In this document: positions 49,045 through 58,541 of the stretch, in pieces
Layout of the letters: each line of letters opens with the position of its first letter
Position numbering within the stretch: the stretch's first letter is position 1
DNA from: Terriglobia bacterium
GTDB lineage: Bacteria > Acidobacteriota > Terriglobia > 20CM-2-55-15
DNA length: 64,000 nt
NCBI GenBank assembly: GCA_965218585.1
Contig: CBDCLE010000026.1
Coordinates: 128,001-192,000 of the forward strand
Direction of reading: 5' to 3'
The notes under the pieces: generated by a model
What the model saw: only the letters and a program-made list of their open reading frames with translations
What the model was told of the DNA's origin: nothing
Databases searched by the model: none
Translations under genes and position numbers: made by a program

Positions 49045-49746
49045 CTACAAAACCCCCAGATGATGAGCGATCAGGCCCCCGGCGACGAGGGCCGCTGTCT
49101 CGGCACGCATGATATGGGAACCCAGACGAACTTCGGCGAAACCCTCTGCCCGGCAAACCTCCAGTTCCTCAGAGTCCCAGCCTCCTTCGGGTCCGATCAC
49201 GTACAGGACCGGGGCTGCTCGAAGTGCCGACTCTAACGAACCCCCACTCTCAAGAGCAAACAGAATCTTCGAGGGCGCATCCACCGCGAGCGCATGTTCG
49301 GTATCGGTAACAGTATCCAGCCGCACCAGGTGGTAGTGCTTGGATTGTTTCGCGGCCTCCACGATGATGCGCTGCCAGCGCTGCTGGCGACCAGTCCCGG
49401 AAGCGTTTGAGCGTTTGGCACGAAACGGTATGATCCGCGTTACGCCTATTTCCACGGCTTTTTCCAACACCCACTCGAAAGCGGTGTTCTTGATCAAGGC
49501 CTGGGCCAGAATAATCTCTACCTCTGGTGGAGGCACCATGCGCTGGTCATGAATCCTGATTTCGGTTGCGTTGCGCTTCAGCTCTTCGAACCGTCCATCC
49601 CAGACTCGACCCTCACCATCGAACACCTCAACGCTTTCACCTACTTCGGCGCGGGATACCTTGAGATGCTTATGCTCTTCGCCAGTGACAGAAAGGAGAT
49701 CGTCTTTGATCCGAGGATCCGGCCAATATACGGACTTAATCGCCAT
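49045..49746 (-). CDS. rsmE: 16S rRNA m3U1498 methyltransferase
   Basis: EKAVEIGV, EAAKQS, IGPEGGW, LGSHIMRAETAA. Confidence 0.95.
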   Translation of the reverse strand: MAIKSVYWPDPRIKDDLLSVTGEEHKHLKVSRAEVGESVEVFDGEGRVWDGRFEELKRNATEIRIHDQRMVPPPEVEIILAQALIKNTAFEWVLEKAVEIGVTRIIPFRAKRSNASGTGRQQRWQRIIVEAAKQSKHYHLVRLDTVTDTEHALAVDAPSKILFALESGGSLESALRAAPVLYVIGPEGGWDSEELEVCRAEGFAEVRLGSHIMRAETAALVAGGLIAHHLGVL

Positions 49747-50596
49747 GACGTCTAACCTTCATCGCGACCCATTCACCCTGCTCGGCCTTACTTTCAATTT
49801 CAAATCCCTCGACCTCAAGCGTTGCCCGGAGTGCCACAAGCTGAGACTCCAGGACCCCGGAAAGAAGAGCCAAACCACCGGGCAGGAGAACGCGTCTGAT
49901 CTCCCCTAGCAGATTGTGCAGGACGTCGCTTGTGAGATTCGCCAAAACCAGCCTGACCGAGCCAGAGCGAAGGCTGTCCGCGCTGCCAACGAACAGACGC
50001 ACACGAACCCCGTTCCGACGGAGGTTTGCTCTGGCCACCTGTGTGGCATCCCGGTCCAGGTCACAACCTACAGCGACCTTGAAACCCAACTTTGCGGCCG
50101 CAATGGTCAAAATCCCGGACCCTGTTCCCAGATCAAGGACCGGGCCTTCGCTCGTTTCGATTTCTTCGAGCAACGTCAGCATCAACTGAGTCGTTTCGTG
50201 AGTCCCGGTTCCAAAGGCAAGGCCTGGATCGATGCCCAACTCGATTCGCCGAGAACCCACATCGTCTGCCTTCTCCCAGCTGGGCACCACCTGAAAACGC
50301 GTTCCTACGGCAAAACTCGTATAACCCTTGCGCCACTCTTTAGTCCAGTCCTGGTGCTGCTCCCTGCCCAGGATCGCTTCTTCGGAACGGTAACCGTTAC
50401 GCTCGAATACACGACTGACGCGGGCCCCAACAAGGGGAGGCGTCCGGGCTTCATCAAAATAGAGGACGAGTTCGATCTGGTCCGGTTCTGCTGTGGGTTT
50501 TTCCCACACACCGAGGATGCCGTCCTGTGAAAACTCGCCGACGATCGCATCTTTGAGTTCGATAGGGGTCTGGATGCTGATGGTTAGCCAGGACAT
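49736..50596 (-). CDS. prmA: Ribosomal protein L11 methyltransferase
   Basis: DW..EW, IDPGLAFGTGTHETT, LDLGTGSGIL, LANL, LSGVL; start ATG 50596 or TTG 50608. Confidence 0.95.
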   Translation of the reverse strand: MSWLTISIQTPIELKDAIVGEFSQDGILGVWEKPTAEPDQIELVLYFDEARTPPLVGARVSRVFERNGYRSEEAILGREQHQDWTKEWRKGYTSFAVGTRFQVVPSWEKADDVGSRRIELGIDPGLAFGTGTHETTQLMLTLLEEIETSEGPVLDLGTGSGILTIAAAKLGFKVAVGCDLDRDATQVARANLRRNGVRVRLFVGSADSLRSGSVRLVLANLTSDVLHNLLGEIRRVLLPGGLALLSGVLESQLVALRATLEVEGFEIESKAEQGEWVAMKVRRHGD

Positions 50597-50639
50597 CAGA
50601 GCATTCAACCCTCAGCTATTGGCTATCGGCTGAGGGCTA

Positions 50640-50910
50640 GTGGCCTGTACCACCCATATTGGGACCAGCGCCGATGGGTCTTGGGGACGAGATCGCGGCG
50701 CGAGACGGAAATTAATGTTTTCGCATCAATGACGGCTCGTAACAAAGATATCGCTCGCAACCCCCATCGGCCCGTAGGGTTACGGCGAAACGGCATCGTC
50801 TTCGTTGTCGTCAGCTCCTCCGAATGACCAAGCATTTCCTCGTCGCTGACTCCTAGAATCCAATGCTGGTTGGCCGTAACGCTGGTCCCAAGATGGGTGG
50901 TACAGGTCAC
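50640..50910. mobile_element. Non-autonomous MITE, 271 bp, 31-bp TIRs, TA on both flanks
   Basis: GTGGCCTGTACCACCCATATTGGGACCAGCG ... CGCTGGTCCCAAGATGGGTGGTACAGGTCAC (2 mismatches); both junctions read CTAG; no transposase. Confidence 0.85.
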
Positions 50911-50912
50911 TA

Positions 50913-51726
50913 GGGCGTGTTAATACTAACGTAGTGCCTCGACGATGAGTGCGAAGTGAAGGAAGGCGAGGAACATGACGTCGAGTTTATCGAAACGGGA
51001 GAAGATACGCCGAAAACCCTTGAGTCGGCGGAAGAGCCTCTCGACTTCGTTCCTGCGGCGGTAGAGCACGCGGTCGTATTCCCACGGCTCCAGGCGGTTG
51101 CGCTTGGGCGGCACGACGGGAATCCACCCAAAATCCAGAGCCAATTGGCGGGTCTGGTCGTCCTGGTAGGCACGGTCCATCAGCAGCGGCAGCGGCGCGG
51201 GCAACGGCCCCAGGCCGGCGAGCAGATCGCGGCCCTGCGGGGCGTCGTGCGCTTGGCCGGGCGAGAGCGCAAACGTTATCGCCGTTCGAGCATTCGCGGC
51301 AACCAGATGAATCTTGGTGGTCCATCCACCGCGGGATTTGCCGATCGCTTGCGGACCGTTTTTTTTAACGCTCCCGTGCCGTCGGGATGCACCTTCACAA
51401 TGGTCGAGTCCATCGAAACGGCTTCCACCCGGATGCGCACCAGTTGCTCGCGCTGGAGTTTTTCGAAGACGGCGTCGAGCACCCCGTTCTTGGACCAGCG
51501 GTTCATCCGGGTGTAGATGGTGTGCCAGTTGCCAAAGCGCTTGGGCAGACCGCGCCACTTGCAGCCCTGCTCAGCCACATACAAAATGGCGTTCAAGACC
51601 GTCAGGTTTGAAAGACTGACGTTGCCCCGCTGACGCGGCAGTTCCGGCTCGATGCGACAATACTGCTCCTGTGTGATCTCCATGCCTAATTATAAAACAT
51701 TCATGCTCATTAGTGTTAACACGCCC
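50913..51726 (-). mobile_element. IS5-family (IS427-like group) insertion sequence, copy 2, 814 bp, apparently intact
   Basis: TIRs GGGCGTGTTAACACTAA / TTAGTATTAACACGCCC; TA on both flanks; orfA 51276-51683 and orfB ending 50926 with A8 slippery site. Confidence 0.95.
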
Positions 51727-52859
51727 TAGTTAGCCGAAGATTTTTTTACCTTTTCCAGAATCTTCTTCTGAATGGGCTGATTCTCGGTTTCTTCCGTTTC
51801 GGCCAGCTTTGAAACAATATCCCGCTGGTCGCGAGTCAGTTTTGTGGGAACACGAACGTTTATGTTGACATAAAGGTCTCCACGACCCCGCCCATTCGTT
51901 CTGGCAATGCCCGAGCCTCGAATACGAAATACGCTGTCAGGCTGGGTGCCGGAGGGGATCTTGAGCGGCTCTTCGCCGTCGAGGGTCGGCACAGAGATCT
52001 CGGTGCCGAGAGCTGCCTGGGAAAAAGAAATCGGAATATGGCAGAAAAGATCGTCTTCGCGGCGCTCGAAAAACTCGTGCTCGGCTACGTTGATCAGGAC
52101 GTAGAGGTCTCCCTGGGGGCCGCCTCGATGGCCGGCGTCGCCCTCACTGGCGACTCTCAATCGCGAACCGGAATCGACACCCGCAGGTATCTTCAGTTCG
52201 AGAGTCTTCTCTTTAACGACGCGCCCTTCTCCATGGCACTTCTTGCAGGGGTCCTTGATAACCTGACCACTACCCTGGCACTGACCACAGGTCCGGGTGA
52301 TGGAAAAAAACCCTTGCTGATAACGGACCTGGCCATAGCCGTCGCAGGTCGGGCATGTTGTGGGGCCACTCCCCTTGGGGACGCCTGCACCGTCACACTC
52401 AGAACACGCTTCGTGGCGGGGCACCTTGATTCGGGTTTTCTTGCCGAAAGCCGCCTCTTCAAAACTCAATTCCAGATCGTAGCGGAGGTCTGCACCACGG
52501 TTGGCCGCACGGCTGCCACGCCGGCCCGAACCACCGAACATGTCTCCAAAACCAAAAAGATCTCCGAGAATGTCGCTGAAATCAGAAAAAACGCCGGGGT
52601 CGAATCCACCAGCTCCAGGCCCAGCGGCGCCCCCAACACCCGCATGTCCGAAACGATCGTATCGCCCACGTTTTTCAGGATCGCCCAGTACGGAATAGGC
52701 TTCAGCCGCTTCTTTGAACCGCTCTTCCGCCTCCTGGTCTCCAGGATTTCTGTCCGGATGGTGTTCCAGCGCCAGTTTTCGGTAGGCGCTCTTGATGTCC
52801 TGCTCGGAGGCTTCTCGCCCCACGCCTATAACTTCGTAGTAGTCGCGCTTAGAACTCAC
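51726..52859 (-). CDS. dnaJ: Molecular chaperone DnaJ
   Basis: J-domain HPD, G/F region, four CxxCxGxG repeats. Confidence 0.98.
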   Translation of the reverse strand: MSSKRDYYEVIGVGREASEQDIKSAYRKLALEHHPDRNPGDQEAEERFKEAAEAYSVLGDPEKRGRYDRFGHAGVGGAAGPGAGGFDPGVFSDFSDILGDLFGFGDMFGGSGRRGSRAANRGADLRYDLELSFEEAAFGKKTRIKVPRHEACSECDGAGVPKGSGPTTCPTCDGYGQVRYQQGFFSITRTCGQCQGSGQVIKDPCKKCHGEGRVVKEKTLELKIPAGVDSGSRLRVASEGDAGHRGGPQGDLYVLINVAEHEFFERREDDLFCHIPISFSQAALGTEISVPTLDGEEPLKIPSGTQPDSVFRIRGSGIARTNGRGRGDLYVNINVRVPTKLTRDQRDIVSKLAETEETENQPIQKKILEKVKKSSAN

Positions 52860-52895
52860 CGCAGAAGATCCTCATGCTCAAAGACATCAATGGCT

Positions 52896-53483
52896 TCACC
52901 CGCTGCTGCTCATACCGGGTTCGTCACCGGCCGGAGCCGCCACCGTTACCATAGCCGGTCTGAGCAGCTTGCCGTGCAACCGATACCCTCGCCGCAACTC
53001 CTCGAGAACCGTTCCCTCCGCCTCACTGGATGGTGCGGTCGTAACTGCCTCATGGACATTAGGGTCGAACGGATGCCCCTTTGCCTCGATGACCTCCAGA
53101 CCAAAACGGGTCAAACTGTCCAACAACTGTTTATAGATCATTTCAAAGCCCTGCCGGACACTCTGCGCCTCTCCACCACCCGAGCCCGCATCGTTCAGTG
53201 CAAGTTCGAACGAATCCAGAACATTCAACACTTCACGCATCAATTCGGCCGACGCATACTTGACGAATTCCGTGCGCTCCCTATCGGTCCGCTTCTTGAA
53301 GTTTTCAAACTCCGCCTGCTTCCGAAGCAACCGGTCTTTGAAATCGTCTCGTTCAGACGTCAGTTCCTCAACACTCCGGGAGAGTGCGAGGGGATCCAGC
53401 TCGGTCCGACGGCTCTCAAGATCCGCCTCGACGGTGCTTTCGGGTTCGAAAGGAGAGTCTTGATTTTCGATCTCTTCGCTCAT
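52896..53483 (-). CDS. grpE: Nucleotide exchange factor GrpE
   Basis: AEFENFKKR, FDPNVHEA, GY.L..KLLRPAMV.V. Confidence 0.97.
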   Translation of the reverse strand: MSEEIENQDSPFEPESTVEADLESRRTELDPLALSRSVEELTSERDDFKDRLLRKQAEFENFKKRTDRERTEFVKYASAELMREVLNVLDSFELALNDAGSGGGEAQSVRQGFEMIYKQLLDSLTRFGLEVIEAKGHPFDPNVHEAVTTAPSSEAEGTVLEELRRGYRLHGKLLRPAMVTVAAPAGDEPGMSSSG

Positions 53484-53538
53484 TGGTTCGCTTCGTTCAG
53501 TTATTGGTCACAGGCATGAGTGCCGGGGCCAAGTCCCC

Positions 53539-53547
53539 ATTATAACA
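53539..53547 (-). promoter_or_regulatory. Extended -10 promoter upstream of grpE
   Basis: Perfect TGTTATAAT in the hrcA-grpE spacer. Confidence 0.65.
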
Positions 53548-53627
53548 GGACCGACATCTCGTCCGGAGGCCCGAGCGAGGACCGTGGAAAGGGAATATCC
53601 TTGAAATATATGGAGATAGGAGACGGG

Positions 53628-54689
53628 TCAGGCGCTGATCATCCGGTCGAAAACGTCCGCGACGTAGCCAACGACTGAGATTCCCGTGCGGTACTCCATC
53701 CGGGTGGGGCCGATAATTCCCAGAACACCTGCGGTACCGTCTCTCCGCCCATAGGGAGACGTAATGACAGTCAAACCCTCCATGCACGGCGCGCCGAGCT
53801 CAGACCCGATCATGATCTGAACCCGCTCTTCCGGATCATTCGGCAGACATTCGTTCAGTATCTGGACAAGCCGGTCTTTTTCCTCGAAGAGCTGGAACAA
53901 TTCTTCGATTCTCGCCATATTACCGAAATCGACTTTTGAAAGAATGTTCCCCCTACCCTGCACATAGACAAACTCTGCAGATGAGTCTTCCTCATCGAGA
54001 CTGTCACTCCACGATTCAACGAGATGAGCCAACAACCGGTCGTACAGTATGCGCTCCTGGCGCATCATCTCTACCAGTTCTCTCCGGATCTGGGGTAACG
54101 TGCTTCCCGAAAACCGCTCAACCAGGTAGTTTCCAGCGCGCGTGAGCTCTTCTTCGGTGTACGCCTCCTCTACTCGGATCAACTTCTGCTGCACGAATCC
54201 GGATTGCGACACAAGGATGACCAGGATCTTCCCATCGTCCAACCGGACGAACTCAATGTGTTGCATTACGCTGATCTCAATGGGCGGAGAGATCACGATA
54301 CCCACGTTCTGCGATATGTCTGAAAGCAGGTGGCAGGCGGTCGACATCATGTTTTCGGCAGTGCCGGCCTCGGCAAGCGCCTGGTTGATGTAGTCTTCGG
54401 CAGAACGCGTCGGCTTCGCCATATGCCCCAAACCCTCGACGTAGAAGCGATATCCCAACTCCGACGGTACGCGGCCGGCTGAGGTGTGAGGTTGAACCAG
54501 AAATCCCGCTTCCTCCAGATCCGCCATGATGTTTCGAATTGTAGCCGGAGAAAGTCGGCGCTGAATCATCTTGGAGATGGTGCGCGAACCAACCGGTTCA
54601 CCAGAGCGAATATACGCGCTGACGATCAGTTGGAGAATCTCTCTCCCCCTGTCGTCCAATTCACTTCCAGCTGTCAACTTCTCTCCCAT
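53628..54689 (-). CDS. hrcA: Heat-inducible transcription repressor HrcA
   Basis: EPVGSRT, SPATIRNIMADLE, QPHTSAGRVPS..GYRFYV, IIGPTRMEY. Confidence 0.97.
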   Translation of the reverse strand: MGEKLTAGSELDDRGREILQLIVSAYIRSGEPVGSRTISKMIQRRLSPATIRNIMADLEEAGFLVQPHTSAGRVPSELGYRFYVEGLGHMAKPTRSAEDYINQALAEAGTAENMMSTACHLLSDISQNVGIVISPPIEISVMQHIEFVRLDDGKILVILVSQSGFVQQKLIRVEEAYTEEELTRAGNYLVERFSGSTLPQIRRELVEMMRQERILYDRLLAHLVESWSDSLDEEDSSAEFVYVQGRGNILSKVDFGNMARIEELFQLFEEKDRLVQILNECLPNDPEERVQIMIGSELGAPCMEGLTVITSPYGRRDGTAGVLGIIGPTRMEYRTGISVVGYVADVFDRMISA

Positions 54690-54697
54690 GATTCAAC

Positions 54698-54726
54698 CAT
54701 ATAACACCCGGCTCCCAGTGTGTCAA
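54698..54726 (-). promoter_or_regulatory. Sigma70 promoter of hrcA (probably leaderless)
   Basis: TTGACA-17 nt-TATATG with TG extension, 8 nt before ATG; no SD. Confidence 0.65.
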
Positions 54727-55499
54727 CGGAGCCCGGCCGAAGGAGGGGAAATCCCCATCCGACGCTCGAATACGACCCCAAAATAGCCCTCAAACGCCGC
54801 AACGAACGCCGAGGCCATGTCCTGGGCGCTGGGACACGGGTTAAGACATTCCCCTATACCGGACATCTCGCTTTCCAACGCCGCCGGATCTTCAAATCGT
54901 GTCGCCCGCGCCAGCAGGTCACGATCGCACGTGATGGGCATCGAGCCATGTTGAAGAAATCCGCGCCTCAACCTTCGTTGCGCGCTTCCCACTATTTTCC
55001 GGCCATCGACCATCAATTCATATCGCGACGGAGAGACAAAACAGGGGTCGTCGAAGGACGTGTCATCAGCCGACTTTCCGCCATTTCTACGAAGAGTGTC
55101 GGGAGAAAGAACGGAATCGACACCCAACTGCCTGTAGCCCAGGGCCAGGGCCTCCGATATTCGACGATAGGTACCGTATATCGAGCCCCCGTCGAACTCG
55201 GACGGATCGTTGGAAACAATCGCGTATGTCAGTTCATCAGCATGTAAGACCGCCCGGCCGCCCGTGGGTCGGTGGACGACGCTGAGCCCTTGAGATTGGC
55301 AAAACTCCACGTCCACAGCCTTGTCCAGATTCTGATTCCGCCCAAGAGAGATCGTCGGCTGAATCCAGGTGTAAAAGCGCAGCACGGTCAACGGTGATCG
55401 AGACTCCTCGACCTGGGATAGCATCTCGCTGTCCACGGCCATGTTCGTCTCACCGTCCAGCGCCGGATCCAGTATCAATTCCCAAGTCTGCTCGCTCAT
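54723..55499 (-). CDS. Lipoate-protein ligase A family (LipM-like octanoyltransferase)
   Basis: NMAVD, LRFYTW, HRPTGGRAVLH..ELTY, PCF, KIVGSAQRR, QHGS. Confidence 0.9.
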   Translation of the reverse strand: MSEQTWELILDPALDGETNMAVDSEMLSQVEESRSPLTVLRFYTWIQPTISLGRNQNLDKAVDVEFCQSQGLSVVHRPTGGRAVLHADELTYAIVSNDPSEFDGGSIYGTYRRISEALALGYRQLGVDSVLSPDTLRRNGGKSADDTSFDDPCFVSPSRYELMVDGRKIVGSAQRRLRRGFLQHGSMPITCDRDLLARATRFEDPAALESEMSGIGECLNPCPSAQDMASAFVAAFEGYFGVVFERRMGISPPSAGLR

Positions 55500-55534
55500 A
55501 TCGGCTTCTCGCTACCCGACATTCTATTTAACTA

Positions 55535-55600
55535 GAGAGGCGCAGGGCTCACAGAGGACGCAGAGAATCCAGAAACTGCGTCTCTGCGTCTCTGCGTTGA
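55535..55600. repeat. Imperfect inverted cluster of CGCAGAGA / TCTCTGCG octamers
   Basis: gaggcgcagggctcacagaggacgcagaga ... ctgcgtctctgcgtctctgcg in the intergenic region. Confidence 0.55.
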
Positions 55601-55639
55601 ATCTTATCGCACGTCTTGTGTTCCCGTTGTCAGAAAGCG

Positions 55640-55667
55640 AGAAGGGGCGCCGGAGGGCGCCCCTTCT
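55640..55667 (-). terminator. GC-rich hairpin downstream of the DegP-like gene
   Basis: AGAAGGGGCGCC-GGAG-GGCGCCCCTTCT; weak U tract. Confidence 0.55.
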
Positions 55668-55692
55668 GCTGTTCGTTCTGCCTGTCCGGTTC

Positions 55693-57189
55693 TTACGGAA
55701 TCGCCATCGGCAGGAACTGATTTACCCATTCGTCGGTCTGGGAATTGCGAATCATCACCATGAACGCAATTGTGGAACCAGATTCCAGGTTCGAAACGGC
55801 GGCCGTAAAATCACCGACGTTATCGATCTCCACATTCCGACGTCCGGCAACAATCCTGGAAACGATCATGCCGCGAGCCAGGCCCGCTTCAGCCGCTTCG
55901 CTGTCAGGCTCGACCGACGCGATCATCACACCCCGCAGGTTTCGCCCCCCAGGCAGAGATTGCACCTGCGGCGTGATCTCCTGAACTCGTATCCCCAACT
56001 CAGTCGGAGTCGCATCCCCTCCGTTAGGTCTTGGCACGAGGGCAGCGGTCTGGTCTCCAAACAGGACTTCACGATCCGCGATCATCACATTCAGTGTCAG
56101 TTCCTCACCTGCACGATAGACCGTGATCGGCACTGTATCGCCGACCTGCTGCAAGGCAACAACCGCCAGCAGCACGTCGCCATTGGTGACCGGCTCTCCG
56201 GCAATCTCCGTAATAACGTCGCTAGCCTCGAAACCGGCTTCCTCGGCAGGACCACCCGGATACACGCTTTCAACGACGACACCATGGTCCAGACCGAAAG
56301 CGCGGATCAGGGCTGGATCGGGATTGGCGTTGTAGGTGATACCGATCGATCCTCGAGTCACACGGCCACCCGTGACGATCTGATTGTAAACGTCGATTGC
56401 GATGTTCGAGGGCAGTGCAAAACCCAGTCCCGCGAATTGCTGCGTATTGGAGATGATAGCGGTATTCACACCGATGACCTCCCCCGCCATATTGACGAGC
56501 GGCCCACCACTGTTGCCCGGGTTGATCGCAGCATCGGTCTGGATAAATTTCTGGAACTGTTCGCCGCCAGGCACGTCCCGTCCCTTGGCGCTGATGATAC
56601 CGGCCGTCAGAGTCTGCTCGAATCCGAACGGGCTCCCGAGAGCCAGAACCCAGTCTCCAGGGTTGGTGGAATCGGAATTCCCCATCCGCGCAACCGGAAG
56701 GTCGCGTCCCACGTCGATCTTAACGACGGCGACATCGGTTTCCCGGTCCACGCCCACGACGGTGGCTTCATACTCGGAGTCGTCATCTAACCGGACCGTG
56801 ATGGTGTCTCCTCCATCGATCACGTGGTTGTTGGTCAGGATGTAGCCGGATTCATCGACGATGAATCCAGAGCCCAGACTCTGTACAGGGCGGCTTTGGT
56901 CAGTCTCGGGAGCCTCATCGCCAAAGAAATCGAAGAAATCCCGAAAAGCGTCCGGCACCTGCCCACCGCCTGTTTCCCGGGTGGACTCCACGTCGATATT
57001 GACCACAGCGGGTCCGACCTCTGCGGCAATACGGGCAAAACCGTTCGACAGTTCCACAGGGTCGGGAACAGTCAGCAAAGCAGGCTGCTGCGTCGCTGTC
57101 ACTCTTTCCGATACGATCGTTCCGATCCCGATCCCCAGTGCCAGCGTCATCACTATGAAGCCGGAGTAGAGCATGCGTCGTCTTTCCAT
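55693..57189 (-). CDS. HtrA/DegP (Do/DegQ) serine endoprotease with two PDZ domains
   Basis: GSGFIV, TNNHV, TDVAV, QTDAAINPGNSGGPL. Confidence 0.95.
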   Translation of the reverse strand: MERRRMLYSGFIVMTLALGIGIGTIVSERVTATQQPALLTVPDPVELSNGFARIAAEVGPAVVNIDVESTRETGGGQVPDAFRDFFDFFGDEAPETDQSRPVQSLGSGFIVDESGYILTNNHVIDGGDTITVRLDDDSEYEATVVGVDRETDVAVVKIDVGRDLPVARMGNSDSTNPGDWVLALGSPFGFEQTLTAGIISAKGRDVPGGEQFQKFIQTDAAINPGNSGGPLVNMAGEVIGVNTAIISNTQQFAGLGFALPSNIAIDVYNQIVTGGRVTRGSIGITYNANPDPALIRAFGLDHGVVVESVYPGGPAEEAGFEASDVITEIAGEPVTNGDVLLAVVALQQVGDTVPITVYRAGEELTLNVMIADREVLFGDQTAALVPRPNGGDATPTELGIRVQEITPQVQSLPGGRNLRGVMIASVEPDSEAAEAGLARGMIVSRIVAGRRNVEIDNVGDFTAAVSNLESGSTIAFMVMIRNSQTDEWVNQFLPMAIP

Positions 57190-57326
57190 CGGTCAACCTT
57201 CCACTGTAAGTATTTGTTTACCTTGGCGATTATAGCTCACCAGGGCCATTCGGCGAACTATTCGCGGGCGCTCCCTATGCGTGCTTAATCTTCTTTTGAC
57301 GCGCGTAGTTGGAAATCGTCTAACGT

Positions 57327-58514
57327 TCATTTCGATTTGGCGCTCATCCTGACCCTGGCCGAGTTCAGACGCTCTTCGGCCAATGCCATTGTTTCTTCCT
57401 TCTTGCAGAACGTAAAGCGAATCAGGTCCTTCCCGGCGGCGGGATCTCGAAAGAAACTGCTACCAGGCACGGCCGCCACGCCCACTTCTGTAACAAGGAA
57501 CCGACAGAACTCCACGTCATCGGGATAATCCCAGTTCGAAATGTCGCTCATCACGTAATAAGCACCCTTCGGGACGATGTAGTCGAAACCCGAGGTCTTG
57601 AGAATCTGGAGCATCCGGTCCCGACGCTTACGATAGCTCTCGGCAAGTTCGTCGTAGTAGCTCGGCGGCAACCCCATCGCGACAACGCCGGCCTCCTGAA
57701 GCGGCGCTGCCGCTCCGACCGTGATGAAGTCATGCATCTTGCGAATCGCATCGGTGACACGGGGTGGAGCAATCGAATACCCGACTCGCCAGCCCGTCAC
57801 GCTATAAGTCTTCGACATACTGTTGACCACGACCGTCCGATCCCGCATTCCCTCGATGGTGATCATCGAAACATGGCGGGCACCGTCGTAGATAATGTGT
57901 TCATAGATCTCGTCGGTCACGGCCAACACGTCCCACTTCTGGCAAAGGCGAGCAATCGACTCCAGTTCTTCGGCTGAAAACACCTTGCCTGTCGGATTGT
58001 TCGGCGTGTTGATGATGATGGCCTTCGTTCGCTCGTTGAAGACGGCCTCCAATTCCGTTTCGTCAAAGGTCCACCCGGGATGATGCAGCTGAACGTATCG
58101 GGGCGTCGCACCTGAGATGATGGCGTCCGGCCCGTAGTTCTCGTAGAAAGGTTCAAAAACGATGACTTCGTCCCCGGGATCGATGATGGCCATCAGGACG
58201 TCCATCATCGCTTCTGTGGCGCCGCAGGCAACCGTGATCTCCGTTTCGGGATCGATGTCAATTCCCACGAAACGTTTCGTTTTCTCGGCGAGGGCGTCCC
58301 TAAAATTCTTGGCGCCCCACGTAATAGCGTATTGGTTGACGTCGGCAAGAACGGCGTCGGAAGCGGCCTTCTTGAGGATTTCAGGAGCCGGAAAGTCGGG
58401 GAATCCCTGTGACAGGTTCACCGCATCGTGTTCCAGCGCCAGCCGGGTCATTTCCCGGATCACCGATTCGGTAAACTGAGCTGCCTTTCGTGAAATGGGC
58501 TTCTTGAACATCAC
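57327..58514 (-). CDS. Class I/II PLP-dependent aminotransferase
   Basis: NLSQGFPD, NTPNNPTG, DEIYEH, SMSKTYSVTGWRVG. Confidence 0.93.
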   Translation of the reverse strand: MMFKKPISRKAAQFTESVIREMTRLALEHDAVNLSQGFPDFPAPEILKKAASDAVLADVNQYAITWGAKNFRDALAEKTKRFVGIDIDPETEITVACGATEAMMDVLMAIIDPGDEVIVFEPFYENYGPDAIISGATPRYVQLHHPGWTFDETELEAVFNERTKAIIINTPNNPTGKVFSAEELESIARLCQKWDVLAVTDEIYEHIIYDGARHVSMITIEGMRDRTVVVNSMSKTYSVTGWRVGYSIAPPRVTDAIRKMHDFITVGAAAPLQEAGVVAMGLPPSYYDELAESYRKRRDRMLQILKTSGFDYIVPKGAYYVMSDISNWDYPDDVEFCRFLVTEVGVAAVPGSSFFRDPAAGKDLIRFTFCKKEETMALAEERLNSARVRMSAKSK

Positions 58515-58541
58515 CCGTCTGGAATGATTCCTCTATGGCCG

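Noticed and set aside
50623-50910. 95-aa ORF spanning the MITE
   Set aside because: Runs through both TIRs with no SD or recognisable motif; likely fortuitous.
53497-53526. CIRCE operator upstream of grpE
   Set aside because: Only the GGCACTC half matches; the second half and the 9-nt spacing do not fit.
52038-56790. Long plus-strand ORFs (493 aa at 52038-53519, 449 aa at 55441-56790) and similar antisense ORFs elsewhere (12561-13811, 32109-33362)
   Set aside because: Shadows of well-conserved genes, expected at this GC content; no motifs or SD.
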